Origin: Piromyces finnis finn
Taxonomy: Eukaryota > Fungi > Neocallimastigomycota
NCBI GenBank assembly: GCA_002104945.1
Contig: MCFH01000005.1
Span: 1,240,001-1,304,000 of the forward strand
Reading direction: 5' to 3'
DNA: 64,000 bases
In this document: piece by piece, positions 1 to 13,971 of the stretch
Layout: the number at the start of each line of letters is the position of its first letter
Numbering within the stretch: the stretch's first letter is position 1
Notes under the pieces: model-generated
What the model was told of the DNA's origin: nothing
Seen by the model: only the letters and a program-made list of their open reading frames with translations
Database searches by the model: none
Program-made: the position numbers and the translations under genes

Positions 1-3000
1 TAATTGATGCTTTTTGATAAACAATAACTTTATGATTGAATATATTGTACAACATCTTTTTATATATCTATCTTCTTAAATGCTAATGAATTCAAGTTTA
101 TTTTATTCTAAGAATGATATCTAATAGAATAGAAATTTATATTATTATATGCTTTAAATAATTTTTTTATGTGATTTTATATGGAATTTATATGTAATAT
201 ATGGCTTATACATTAATGTAATATAATGTATATGGTAAATGTATACATGGAATATTCACATATTTTAACATTATTGACCTTTTAAATTTTTTGATTTGTT
301 TATTTAAATTAGTTAATTAGAATGATATTTTGAGTTAATTGTAATGATAAACTTTATCATTTTATTAATAAATACTTTTCTATTTTATGCAATATAATAA
401 AGTATTGCTACTTATAATAACTTTTTATATATTTTATTCCTGAAATGAGAATTGCCTTTACAGAAAGACTATTTAATTATTTGATATCAAAATTTGTTAT
501 TCCTTATATCCTGAAATAAAAAATATATATATTTGTTATTTAATTAAAAAAAAAATAATAATAATAATAATAAACGATTTATTTTTATTATTAAAACTAT
601 TATAATTTGTTTTCATTTAATATATCTTTGATCGTAAAGATAAAAAACACTTTTTTTTATTTTCGAATAAAGCTTTGAATAGTATTTTTTATTATTTTTT
701 TTTTTAATTTATTATTTATGTATATTTATATAAAATTATTAATGTATATTCATTTTTTTAAATGAAAGCATTCGTTATTATTATTTTTTTAAAAGAATAA
801 AAGTAAGGAAAATACACTTTTAAAACAAGCAAATAAATAAAGTAAATAAATAAATAAATAAATAAAAAGCTAACTTTTTAACTGAAATATACAATAATTA
901 TTTTCGTTTTTTTCTTATCATTAAAAAATCTTTACTTAATATATTGAATTATAGTTATTTAATATAATTTAAATATATTTAAAAAAAACAATTTGAAAAG
1001 GTTAGAATTTAAAAAGTTTTGAATTTCATTAATAATTAAATACTTTTTTTTATTAGTACAATATTACAATAGTAATAGCCATAATACACGGCATTTGTGT
1101 AATTTCAAAAAAGGTAAGAATGATTATTTTATATCTTAATATATAAAATATAAAATATTTTGTTAACCTAACCTTTTTAAATTTAACATTTTTGAAATAA
1201 CTTTTAACCTATTATTTAATAATCTTATGTAATTCCTATACATTCAAAAATGGTATACCATTTTTAATAGTAATAAATGAAATAAATATTATTAAAAGTA
1301 AAATACAATTATTTATACTCATATATAGTTTAATATAATTAAAAATACACAAAGTTGTATATTATATTATTAATATTATTAAATATGCAAATTTCTGCAT
1401 GAATAATATTAATATTTATGCATATTTATTAATGTTTCATAATCTTATTTTGAAAATACTTGTTTTAAACTTTTTTAAAAAAATCAACTTTTTTTTTTTA
1501 ATTAAAATAATGATTTCTTTTTTTTTTTTTTTTTGAGTCCAAAAAAGACGAAACATAAATCATGAAAATGAATACTTTTTTTTTTTTTGAAATAATATTT
1601 TAAAAATATATTAATATTTATAAAAAATGAAAAACAAAGATTTATATATTTTAACTGATATATATTTTTTCTTTCTTTTTTTTTAAAAAAAAGTTATGTT
1701 ATAAATTATAATAATAATATTTTAATGTACTTAATAAAACTTTGCAATCAGTAGATATACATTGTTATATATAATCTAAATTAAATATATTTACATATTA
1801 TTATTATGATATAAATAAGAACATAAAATATATAGTAATGTTTTTTATTATTATTTTATTATAACTTTTTTTTTTTATTTTTTATTCCTTAAAAAGAGCT
1901 ATTTTTTTTAAAAATTTCTTTTTAATCTTTTTTTTAAATAGTACAAAATAAATTAAAAAATTGGAAAATTTTTAATTTTTATATTAAGATTATAATATTG
2001 TATAAACAATATATATTAATAATTAATATATTTAAATTAAAATTTTATTAGATTAAAATTTAATTAAGATAGGACGTTTTTTCATTTTTTTAATATTATT
2101 ATAAAAAAAGAGCATCATTAATGCTTTAATGCTTAACAATTTATTTTATTGTTACGACTATAGATTTATAACTATATGTTAAGCTACAAAAACTAATGTT
2201 ATTTTATTTTTAAATATATCTAATAGAAGTGTATTATATCAATTATTTATATATTATTTTTATTATTACAATTTATTTAACTATTTATATATAGCAAAAA
2301 CTCATATTCTATTTATTATTATTATTTAAAAAATAAGTAAATCTACTTTTTAAATATAGATTTTAAAAATAAAAATTTCTTATTATTATATTATTGAATG
2401 GTAATCACCAATTTTTTTTAATTTTTATTTATTTGTTAGCATCGTGTTATTATGTTTTTAATAATTCATTATTTTATTACATAAAAAAAGACCTTTATAT
2501 TTAAATTTTCATATATATATATATTTAATTAGTCTAACTGATGTTTTTAAAGATAAGCTTTACTATTTTTAAAATAGAATCATTTAAATTAAAGTTTAGT
2601 GAATTTAATAGATTTTATAAAGCTTTAAAATATTATACTTAGTTTAACACTTTACCCATTGAAATGAATACATATTATAAAAATAGTAATTAATAGATAT
2701 TTTAGTAATATTATTTTTTAAATATGATAATGAATGTAACTTTTTTTTTTTATTTTTATAAGATATATGCATGCCGAAAATAAAAGTCAATTATTAGATT
2801 AACACTAAAGTTAATAGAATAATAATATTGCTTGTTTATAAATTATATATTTGATATTATAAAATTTATATCATCTTTCATTATATAAGTTGTATTTTTT
2901 TTTTGTAATCCATTATTTTTACAGAATTAATAAACTTAATATTTTAAATTAAAATGTTCTGCAAATATCTTTGTATTATTAAGGTTTTAAATAATGAAAT

Positions 3001-5731
3001 AATAAACTTTTTTTTTTATTTTATTTTAATATTTCATTATACTTTTATAATTAATTTTATTTTTAATTTAAATACTAAAAATAATATTAATGATTAAAAT
3101 TTAATTTATTATTATTTTTTTTTTACTATTTTTATTTTAATAAATAGATAAGTAAAAAATAAAAAAAAGTTCAATATGTATTTTTTGATTTAATAGATGA
3201 AATATAATGTTTTAAGTGTAATATTATTTTTAAAGTGTTTCAGTAGATGGTTTAAGTTAGGAAAACAGTTAAATAGACATAAATATATTATAATATAAAG
3301 AAAATAATAATATAAAATAAAAATTAAATATGCTATCTCCAAAGAAACTTTTTTTTTTTAATTTTAAATAACTAAGAAAATTCTTTTTAGAATATAGAAA
3401 ATTCAAATTTCTTAATTTCTTTTTCTAATAAATTTAGTTTATGATAAAGTTTAATTTTTTTATTTTTTAAAAGGCTTTTATCCATTTTTTAAAGAAATTT
3501 ATATAATTGAATAATTTTTTTTTTCTTTATAACACTATTTTTACACTTTTTTCTTTTATTTCCAATTATATAATTCTAATTATAATATGGCATCTATTGT
3601 AATGGTGTATGTCTAAAAAAAAAACTATACAAATATTGCTTTACAAATTATCATTTTTTACCTATTACTTAATACTTTCTTTTAACTTTACTTTATCCTA
3701 AAGATTTCTTATTTTTAGAATTAAAATTTTTGAATGTATTTTTTTTTTAAATTATATAAAATTATCAAAGTTTTATTTTAAAATGTAAACAATGAATTAT
3801 TTTTATTTTCAAATGATAAAATAATATTTAATGTATGTTAAAAATATCATCAATTTCTATTATTCTTTTAACTCAAACTTTATAAATTTCCTGTCTTTTA
3901 AAGTTCCTTTTTATATAACTTTTTAATTATTATTATTTTTTAATTAATCTTTATTAATAGTTCAATTACCAATAAATTTTTTAAATTATATTAATTATAA
4001 TAAAATTTGTATTACATATTTAATGTTCCATATATTATCTTATAATCCAATATAATACAAAAGTTTTTTTTATAAAAAATTTAATTTATAGTTTATAATG
4101 GCAATTCCCAAAAAAAAAAAAAGACTTTTCAATTGAAAGAAAGAAAAGTATTATTTGCAAGATCCTCTAATCATTATTCAATTAATAAGAACTATATTTT
4201 TTATTTTGTAATAAAGAATGTGTAATATTATTAAGGAAAAGGAAATAATAATCATGAATTACTTAAAAATAAACACTTTTTCATGTATATTTTATTATCC
4301 ATCTTAATGTTACAGTTGATGATGATGATATATATATTTTTAAATTCTATTCATTAATCTTTTCTATTTGAGTAGTAAATATGTCTTTTATAGTTTTTTT
4401 TTTAAATGTAACTATAAACGTTTACCAACACTTTTTTTTTTTTTTTTTTTTTAATAATATTTATTTTGAATTACAGTTGTGACAGTAGGAATAAAATTTT
4501 TTTTTTATTGATTAGTTATATTACTAAAATAAGAATATTAATGTAATTTATACTTTTGTAATTATGTAATTCATTATATGTATGAAACGAATAACTATAT
4601 CCTGTCTCTTTTAATATTCATTTTCAATATATAGAAGAGACAAATTTATCAAAAATATAGACTAATCATAATTATATTATAATTGGTTTAGATATAGTAT
4701 TAATTCTTTTTAGTTTTATTATATGTTATTACATATCATTGTCATCATAGGTTATTTATTATAATTTATAAATAATTGCTTTACATCCCTATTATTGCTT
4801 CTTTTTATACATAATAATAATGATACACATTTACCTGTTGACTTTACTAATGTTTTTTTGATGACTTGCTTTTTTTAAATGTTTTTTTTTTTTACATTTT
4901 ATTGGATAAAATTGTTATAAAATGTACAACACATTAGATAAATGACCAATAATATTTGTATAATATAATTATTAATAATATAATGTAAAAGTGAAATGTA
5001 ATTAAAATTAGTGCATAAAGTTTATCTCTTAAAATAAAACAATTTTCTACATCACATAGCATGTTTTTTTTTAGTTATTGTAAATATTATAATACACCAT
5101 TTATTATGTAGTAAATATACATTTATTGGATTATAGTGTAATATATTTATTGATTAATTCTATCTCAATTATAAAAATATCTTTAATTTTATATATTAGT
5201 GGGTAATAAATTTATATTGAATGCAATATAAATGAATATATCTAAATATATAAATATTAATAAATTTTAATTGATATAAAATTTATAATGAACTAATATA
5301 GAAACAAATTAAATAATATATGATAATTCATTTTTTATCCATATAATTAAATAGAATAATATAATTTATAATATATTATCATTATACATAATAAATGATA
5401 ATGAATGATGGCATACTTTTTAAATTTTTATTATATTTATAGAATAATAATTTTTTTAGAAATTAATTTCGTAATATTTAAAATTTTAATTATATTTTTT
5501 TTTCAATGATGATAAAGTTTAATATATAAAATATATTGTAATATATATACAATTATTATTGATAAATATATTGTATTATATACTATTAATATTAAAAAAA
5601 AAAAGTATATAAAAACAATTCATTTCACCTTTTTTTTTTTTCATTATAGTAATATCAATAGTATAAATTGATTTTAATACAAAAAAACAATTAATTTAAA
5701 TATAAAAAATTTTTATTAATTTTTAATTAAA

Positions 5732-6457
5732 ATGAAGGCTTTACAATTATCTTTATTAACTTCTTTAATTTTAGCCGTTTCTGCTAAGATTAAGATTACT
5801 AACCCAGTTGAAGGTACTGTTTGGGAATTCGGTAAGGCAAACAACGTTACATGGCAATGTTTAGACGGTGAAAGTGGTAAGGAAGATATTAACCTTATTT
5901 TCACTGATGGTGTTGATCCAGAAAAATTTAGAGGTGAACCAATTGCCACTCAACCAATTGATGATGTTTCTAAGGGATTTGCTGAATTCGATTTAAGTAA
6001 GATTGATAAATCTAAATTACCACCAACTGCTGACCAATACTTCATTCGTTTCGGTGATGTTGATGGTTCATACTCTCACCTTTTCACTATTAATGGTGGT
6101 ACTGGTGCTGCTGCCAAGCCAAATGAAGTTACTGGTTCAGACTCTTCTTCTTCTACCACTGGTTCATCTTCATCTAGTGGTTCATCTTCATCTAGTGATT
6201 CAACCTCTTCTGGATCTAACAACACTGGTTCAACTACTGGATCCAACACTAACACTAACTCTACTGATACTAACAACACTGGTTCAAATGCTACTACTGG
6301 TACCCCAACTAACACCACTGTTCCAGGTAACAGTACCGTTTCCCAAGTTGTTACTGGAACTCCAATCTCTTCCAAGCCAACTTCTTCTGACTCTATGAAG
6401 ACTATTACTTCTTCATTCGTTGCTCTTACCGTTGCTGTTGTTGCTTTACTTTTCTAA
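5732..6457 (+). CDS. Secreted Ser/Thr-rich, probably GPI-anchored protein with Kre9/KNH-like N-terminal Ig-like domain
   Basis: 241-aa intronless ORF: signal peptide, 'ITNP..GTVW..G....VTW' Kre9-like start and 'YSHLFTI' end of domain, Ser/Thr/Gly/Asn-rich stalk, hydrophobic C-terminus (FVALTVAVVALLF). Confidence 0.8.
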   Translation: MKALQLSLLTSLILAVSAKIKITNPVEGTVWEFGKANNVTWQCLDGESGKEDINLIFTDGVDPEKFRGEPIATQPIDDVSKGFAEFDLSKIDKSKLPPTADQYFIRFGDVDGSYSHLFTINGGTGAAAKPNEVTGSDSSSSTTGSSSSSGSSSSSDSTSSGSNNTGSTTGSNTNTNSTDTNNTGSNATTGTPTNTTVPGNSTVSQVVTGTPISSKPTSSDSMKTITSSFVALTVAVVALLF

Positions 6458-7674
6458 ATGATAAATATATAATAATATTACCTACACCCTTTAATATATA
6501 ACATATAATAATTTAAGTCATAAAATATTTTATCTATCAAAATTTTATCATATAAAGTTATAATAGAAAGATAGCAATTATAAATGTTATCTTTATAAAA
6601 AATGATTATTTAATTATTTAATTTATTATTTTATTATAATAATAGATTATTTTTAAAGTTTAATATTTATTTTAATAAAAAATAAAACTATTTAAAAAAA
6701 AAATTATTATAAAATTTTATTATATAAAGTGTTTGGGTAAACTGGAAAGATGAAAGTTATATTTTAAATGATAAGCAAAATAAAAAATTGTTTCTTTTAA
6801 AGTTTTGATTTTTTTTTTATCTTATTATTAGGGAGTAACATGTATTTATAAAATTGATTATTTAATTGGGGGAAAAATTATTAAATGTTATTTATTTTTA
6901 AAGTGGATTTTTTTTTAAATTTATATTGAAGTATAAAGTTAATTTTATTAAATTTTATAAAGTTTTTTATTCATTTATATACTTTTGGTAGTAAGGAATT
7001 TTTCAGATAATTCTTTATTTAATATAAATATTAATAGAAATAAGAAATCTATATATTTGTGATATAAAGAACAAAATAAAGAACATAAAAACTAATATTT
7101 ATTCTTATTTTTGTTATTATTATTATTATTAATATTTTTAAAAAAAATTAATTATTCTATCGGCTATTGACTAGCGATGTTATGGTTAATTTAAGCAATC
7201 GAATTTATTACTTGATGGAATAAATATAATTAAAATAACCAATAAAAAATCGTATTTTTTTCTTTTAAAATTTTGATATTTTAGATAATAATAATAGAAA
7301 AAATTATTATACTAATATTAAGCATTACCATATTTTTTTTATATATTATTAATAAAAAGCAAAGAAGTATTTACTTCTTATAGCTTTTTAGTATTCATTA
7401 AGAAATAAAAATTTTTCTTATTACAATATATAATATTAGTTAACAAATAATATCACTTGTATTTAGTGAATAATACTATTTAATTTTTTACTTTTTTGTC
7501 AAATATAAATATGTACAATAATGTATTACATATTAAAAATATAAAAATTAATTAAATAAACTAATTAAAAGACATCCAATCATATAATTCAATGATTCAT
7601 CCAACAAAAGGAAATAAAAAAATTTAATCTAAAATATTATAAATAGAATACCTTTTTACACCTTGTTAATCTTC

Positions 7675-7838
7675 ATACTTACCTGGCGAGGGTTATCTGT
7701 GATCAAGAAGGCAGATAACACGATTGGGAAATTTAACATTGCACAACGTTAAGTGGCCTGATTGCGAACATTCAAAAGAATGTCTCGGTCGCATAATTTT
7801 TGGTGGTGGGGTATACAGGCGTTCGCGCCAGTAAACCC
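7675..7838 (+). ncRNA. U1: U1 spliceosomal snRNA
   Basis: Starts ATACTTACCTG. Stem-loop I has loop GATCAAGAAG (U1-70K site), stem-loop II has ATTGCAC (U1A site), SL-III is ACATTC-AAAA-GAATGT, the Sm site is ATAATTTTTGG, and terminal SL-IV is GGCG-TTCG-CGCC. The 3' end is approximate. Confidence 0.96.
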
Positions 7839-8056
7839 TTTACAAATTAAATTAATTTAAAAATTATAAATATTAAATAATTGTTTAAAATTAACAATAA
7901 AATATATTATTCTAAAATGTGATATTAAAGAAAAGTTTGCATTATAAATTATTTATTTTATAATAGACAATTTAAAGTTTAATTTGATTTACTTATTTAT
8001 TTATTAATTTTTAATTTTTTATTTAAAGATGGTTAAATTATTAATTAATTAAATAA

Positions 8057-9960
8057 TTAATATTTATTTTGGGTATAATAATAGATATGATTATTATTTT
8101 GATTTTTTGCATAAATAATATAATTATTTTTTGAATTATTATTGAAAATTTTTATTTGTTCAAGACAACTAGCAAAGTTTATATAATTATATTCCAAGTT
8201 AATAATCGTTTCTGTATCATTTATTTTTTGAGTTTTCACATTATTTACTAATTCTTTTCTTTCATTATTTTTGTTTATTATAGCGATAAAAGAAATTAAA
8301 CCTCGTTCTGTAATATAATTATGTTGAAGATCCATGTGAAGTAAACATGGTAAATAAATGAGTTGAGTAGCAATAATTTCCAAAGTATTATTTTCTATTT
8401 GTTGATAAGATAAATCTATTGAGGTTAATTGATGACCATAATACTGTAAATTTTTGATAATTTTTTGACATCCATCATTACCAAATGAAAATTCACTAAA
8501 ATTTTGTTCATTATTGTTTTGATGTTCCTCCTTTATTTGTTGTTTACTATTATGGATATCGGATTGACTTTTTCCTTTAGAATTTTTGGGGTATGCATCA
8601 GGAGGGTTTGTAGTATTTAATTCAAGTTCTGAATCGTCATCATCACCCTCCTCATCACCTTCATTAGATTCCTTTTTTCCATGAGATCTTGTTGAATATA
8701 AACAACTATTATGGAGGTATTCATAATCTTTAATATCATCAAACGCTTCTAGATTTTTATAACCTGCTAATCCTAATACCTGCAGTTTACTTTCTTTACA
8801 TGTTTTTAAAAGTTCGCTAAACTCATCGGAGATAGAATCGGTAAAAAGATTATGACTTAAATCTATTTCTTTTATTTCTGTATACATTAGAATCGTTTTC
8901 ATTAAAAGTATAAGACCTTTAGGCCTTATTTTATTATTAGAAAGAAGAAGAGTTTTTAACGATTTTTGATTATGATAGTATTGATGTTGATTAATATAAA
9001 TATTATCGGTAGAATAAAGAGATGAAGTTGCTGCTGCTGTTGTCGTTGTTGTTGTATTACCAACAAAATAACTTTTTAAATTTTTAGCTAATAATTCTGT
9101 ACAAGATATACCAAGATCCATTCCTGATAAATCCATTGTATGAAGTCTTGGTTGAAGATTATTAAATGCACTAATAAGTTGGAAAAGCATAGCCGCCGGG
9201 AATTTATTATAGGATAAATCAATGATTTGAAGTTGAGAGGTATTTGAAGTTAAAAGTGAATTTAATACTGTCATGGAAAGCGCCGTATTTTTGGAATAAT
9301 ACTTTTCATTCTTTCCATTTTCATTATCTGTATTATCATCCTCATTTCCACTATCTTGTTCACTTTTTTCATCATCAATATCAGCATCCATATCATTACT
9401 TTTTCCCTTTATTTGATGAGTTTTAACATTATTTGCTAGTCGTAGTACTTGAAGCGTTGGGTGATTTTTAATGACATTTAAAATCATTTCTATTGCTGTT
9501 AGAGAAAGTTGACATTGACAAAGGATTAAATTTTTTAAGGCAAGAAGAGATGATTTTGTATTTGAAGAAGAAAATTTAATAGCATATTTATTTTGATTTG
9601 TTCTTGACAGCATTGATTGATTCTGGGTTTGATTTAAGGCATTCAATAAAAAGTTTAAGGAAGTTTGATTTAATGGCATTTTTGATAAATTTAAGGTTAC
9701 CAAATTTGTATTTAATACTAAGGATTCTAGTGAATCATTTAGCATTTCATTTTGGAAATAAGAATAAGGAATAAATAAATTATTATAACCATTATTACCA
9801 TTGCCATTATTATCATTATTATTATTATTATTTGTGCTGTTTATTAATGTGTTATTATATTTTGGAGAAATCTTTATGGATAGGATATAATCTTATAATT
9901 ATTTTAATAGTATAAAAATTATTATTAATATTAGTATTAATAATCATAATAAATATTGTA

Positions 9961-9997
<37 letters not shown>

Positions 9998-11528
9998 GCT
10001 ATTATATTTACCTGTATTATTATTATAAGCTGTTGATAAATAATCCACATATCGATTATTAAAATATTTATTTATTATATGGATTATTTCTTCTATTTTT
10101 TTCTCACATTTTTCACTTTCATCCTTCATTTTATTATATTGATTGTTTTTATTTTCTTGATTTTCTGTAAGGGTAATACTTTTTATGGTATCATTAATAT
10201 CAAAATTAATTAAAAATGGATGACAAATGTATTTATTATTAGTTATTAATGATTTTATAAACATTTCTAGGTTTATCATGCTATCTGGAGTTATTTTGTT
10301 GAGTTGTACGGTTAGTCTTTTAATTGGCGCTATTGTATCAAGGAATAATGAATCAATTCTATTGTCTGAAAGGGTAATGCAAAGATCTTGAATAATTTCA
10401 TGTTCATTTTGAATTAAATCTTTAATATAGTTATGGAAGGTGGCAGACCATTTATGTTGACTAGTATTCTTTATCCATTGTTCTGTTAAGTATTGAAGAC
10501 ATACCTTTCGATAATAGGATAATGGTTTATTTAATGTCTCTAAAATACATTTTTTATGCCATTGTTTCATCCAATAATAATTCAAACAATAACTATTATT
10601 AAAACTATGAAATTCATAATGTTTTAATTTATGAGAAAGTAATAACTTTAAATAATTCTTCTTATAGATTTTTTGAAGTTGAATGCCCTCAATCTTTTCT
10701 TGTTGAAGTAATTGTTCTGCATGGAGACATTGATGAATATTTAACCGTTTAATAATATGATTAATAAGAGTAGTTGTTAAACCGTAGAAACTATCAACAT
10801 CTATTATTATTTTTATTTTTATTTTTTTTTTTAAAAAGTTATCCATTGGCAAATTAAAAACAATAAAAAAAAGAGGGTCAAAAATTAATATTTATTTTAA
10901 AATAATGAAAAAAAAAGATAGTAAATAAATATTTATTAGAAAAAGAAAAAATAATTAATTGAAAAAATTATTATTAATTTTATTTACCATCAAATATTTT
11001 GGCAATATAATCAGCACAAGTATCAATAAGTTTAGGAAGATCAAAATATAGTGCTGCTTCAATTAATAAAAAGACATTATCGTATTTTGGAATAAATTTA
11101 TATTCTTGAATAGCTTTAGGTATTGTTATATCCTTATGGTCTGAATAATTAGAGGTTGTATAATAATCAGTGGAGGTAGAATATTGATTTTCTTGATCTT
11201 TTCCATAAAATTGATGAAACCATTCATAATATAAATAATATATTATATCTTCCATAACTTCATGAGGAACTGATGGGAATGTAAATATATTTGTTTTACC
11301 TTCTAAAAAGTTACCTGTGAGAAAAAAAAAAGAATTATATTTCATAGTAGTAAAAATAAAAATTAAATAAAACAATACATGTATTTTGTTTTATGAAAAA
11401 AAAAAAAATAAAAAATTCATTTTATATTTTAATGAATGAAATAGAAAATAAAAAGATTATAGAGATAGGTGTTTAGGTAGAATGAATATTGAATTAAATA
11501 AAAATTATTTTAAATTTATTAATTTTTG

Positions 11529-11569
<41 letters not shown>

Positions 11570-13971
11570 CAACCTACTTGAATTTTTATAGATATGTTGA
11601 ATAGTTCTAGATAGAAAAGCAATTTTTAAAGGTAAACTTTCAATAATACCTTTTAATTGTAAATAATTATCATTATTATCATCATTGATATCATCGCTGT
11701 TATCTCCCCATTCATTGTATTTAGGACATTTTAAGGAAATCCAGGGTTGATTTTCCCATTCATTTGCAAGATTAGTAATAATCCATGATTTGAAATAATT
11801 CTTTGATTTGACGTTGACCTCTTCGTTTTGTAAATACATTATTGAATTATGACTGATAGACTGATCTTGTAATAGCTTCCTTTGTGTATTAATATTATTT
11901 TTATCCTTTTCTTCTATTTTCGTTGTAGGTTCTCGTTTAAGTTGACAATTATTAGTATTTTCCATACTTTCATTAAAATCTTTATTATTTTTTAAATATT
12001 CTTTTTTGAATATATTATAATCTATGAAATCGCCATTTTTAACATCATTTAATAGTGAATTTATTCGACTAGTTTTCTGTGGAATAGGCTTTGATATGCT
12101 TAGATCGTATTGATTTATTTTTGATGTAGTATAGTTGAAGGGAAGAGATTCTACATTTTTATTTTTATTATTACTATAGTTATCATTTTTTTCTTTGTTA
12201 AGAACATTTAAACGATTACCATTATGTTTTAGAGGATAAAGGGGTTGAAGTGTAATTTCACTATTATTACTTTTTGTATTTGAAATTATATGATCCATAG
12301 AATTAACTGGAGGTTGTTGATATTGATTATTATATACTCTATTGACATTCACATTTATTTTTTCCAACTTCTGAGTAGGTGGGTGCCGTTTATCCTTTTC
12401 TCCACTTATTTTACTTGAAATTTTATGATTCAAAAGCGATGTATTTTTAATAATGTATCCGTTTGTTACGGATGGAAGTTTATTGAGTTTTGGGGCCTCA
12501 GATTTTGATTTTTCGTTAAAGAGATAGGACTTTAAAGAATAGTCATTTCCTATTGAAGAGGCAACTCCTCTTTCACCAACATTAGGAATGATATTATTTA
12601 ATATGTTAGATGATGCTTTTTTATTCCTATCGTCATAACAATTAATATCACTTGTAGCTTGAATATAATTTTCTTTTTTATATAATATTTCTTCGTTATA
12701 ATCGAATGATTTTAAAAGATTTCCATCTTGATCAAATACAATTTTTTTACTATTTGGTGAGAAAGAAACTGGTGTGGGGGAGTCGTTGTTCCTTAAACTC
12801 TTGCCACTATCATTATCGATATAATGGTTATTATGAGAGTTACTATTGTTGTACAGATGATCATTTAGGATAATATCATCACTACTATTAAGATATTTTT
12901 GTGAAAATTTATCAGAACCTATTGTATCATTCATTATATTTTTCAATTCTAAAAAAAAAAAAAGAGTTTTTTTTTTTTTTTTTTTTCATAAATTATAAAA
13001 TGAAAGAAATATATTATCATTATGTATATAATGTATATATAATATTTATATGGATAGAAAAGATAGAAAATTTTAATTCTAATGATAATAATTGTATTTT
13101 ATAGTATAAAATAGAAAGAATGCATATATTTTAAGTTTTTTTTTTTATTTTTTTATACAATAATAATACCATAAATGATTTATGTAATATTGTTATATTG
13201 TAGTATTGTTATATAATATTAAAAAAAATTTTTATATACCATACCTAAATCAAAATTATTATTTTTAGGAATTTTCTTTTTCCCTAGAATACCATTTTTT
13301 TTTTCAGATTTTATTTTTGGTAATTTTGATTTTTCTAAACTGAAGGTATCATCAAAATAATTATTTATACTTTTTGTTATGTCATTCAGGGTGGAAGGAG
13401 AAGGAGAGGTCGATGTCATATATTTTTGATAGTATTCAGGAGCAAGATTTTTTGGATTAATTCGAATATTATTGGAATTTTTCCAATATGATTTTTGATT
13501 TGAATTAGATCTTGAGGATAGAACATGCTGCTGTTCTTTCAATAAACCATGATTGCTTTTATAATTGTTTTGATGAGAATATCCACTATTATTATTGTTA
13601 AATTTATCATAATTTTTATTTATAATAACTACATTATAAGTTTGTATAAATATATATTTATTATTATTTTTTCATTAATATAAAGTAATATTTATTATTG
13701 AATTAATGATATAATATTACTAATACTATTTTTTAATAAAAATAAAAATGATTAAAAAAAAAAAAAGTAAAGAGCAGTAATTGCTATAAATAGAAACAAA
13801 CTACCATTTTTTTATCATATATAATTTACCTTTATTATCATTGCTATATTTAAATTTTCGTCGATTTGGTGATAAAGTAGTAGTTGAAGAATTTCCTCCC
13901 ACATGAAAATCATCATTAGTGTAACGATTTATTTTTAATGAAAATAGATTTGAATTAATATTGTAATTCAT
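8057..13971 (-). CDS. About 1615-aa protein: low-complexity N-terminus, Elongin C/Skp1-like BTB domain, RNI-like leucine-rich repeats
   Basis: Hand-built six-exon model with phase-compatible GT-AG introns: 13971-13830, 13628-13245, 12948-11578, 11314-10988, 10800-10012, 9891-8057 (4848 nt, divisible by 3). The exon 3/4 junction reads LSRTIQHIYKNSSNFLEGKTNIFTFPSVPHEVMEDIIYYLYY and later LIEAALYFDLPKLIDTCADYIAK. RNI-type repeats include LKTLLLSNNKIRPKG, LTSIDLSYQQI and LLHMDLQHNYITERG. Confidence 0.75.

Noticed and set aside
1-5700. Possible hidden genes in the long AT-rich stretch
   Set aside because: Only short broken frames (e.g. about 435-518, IPEMRIAFTERL...) with no supportable splice model or motif.
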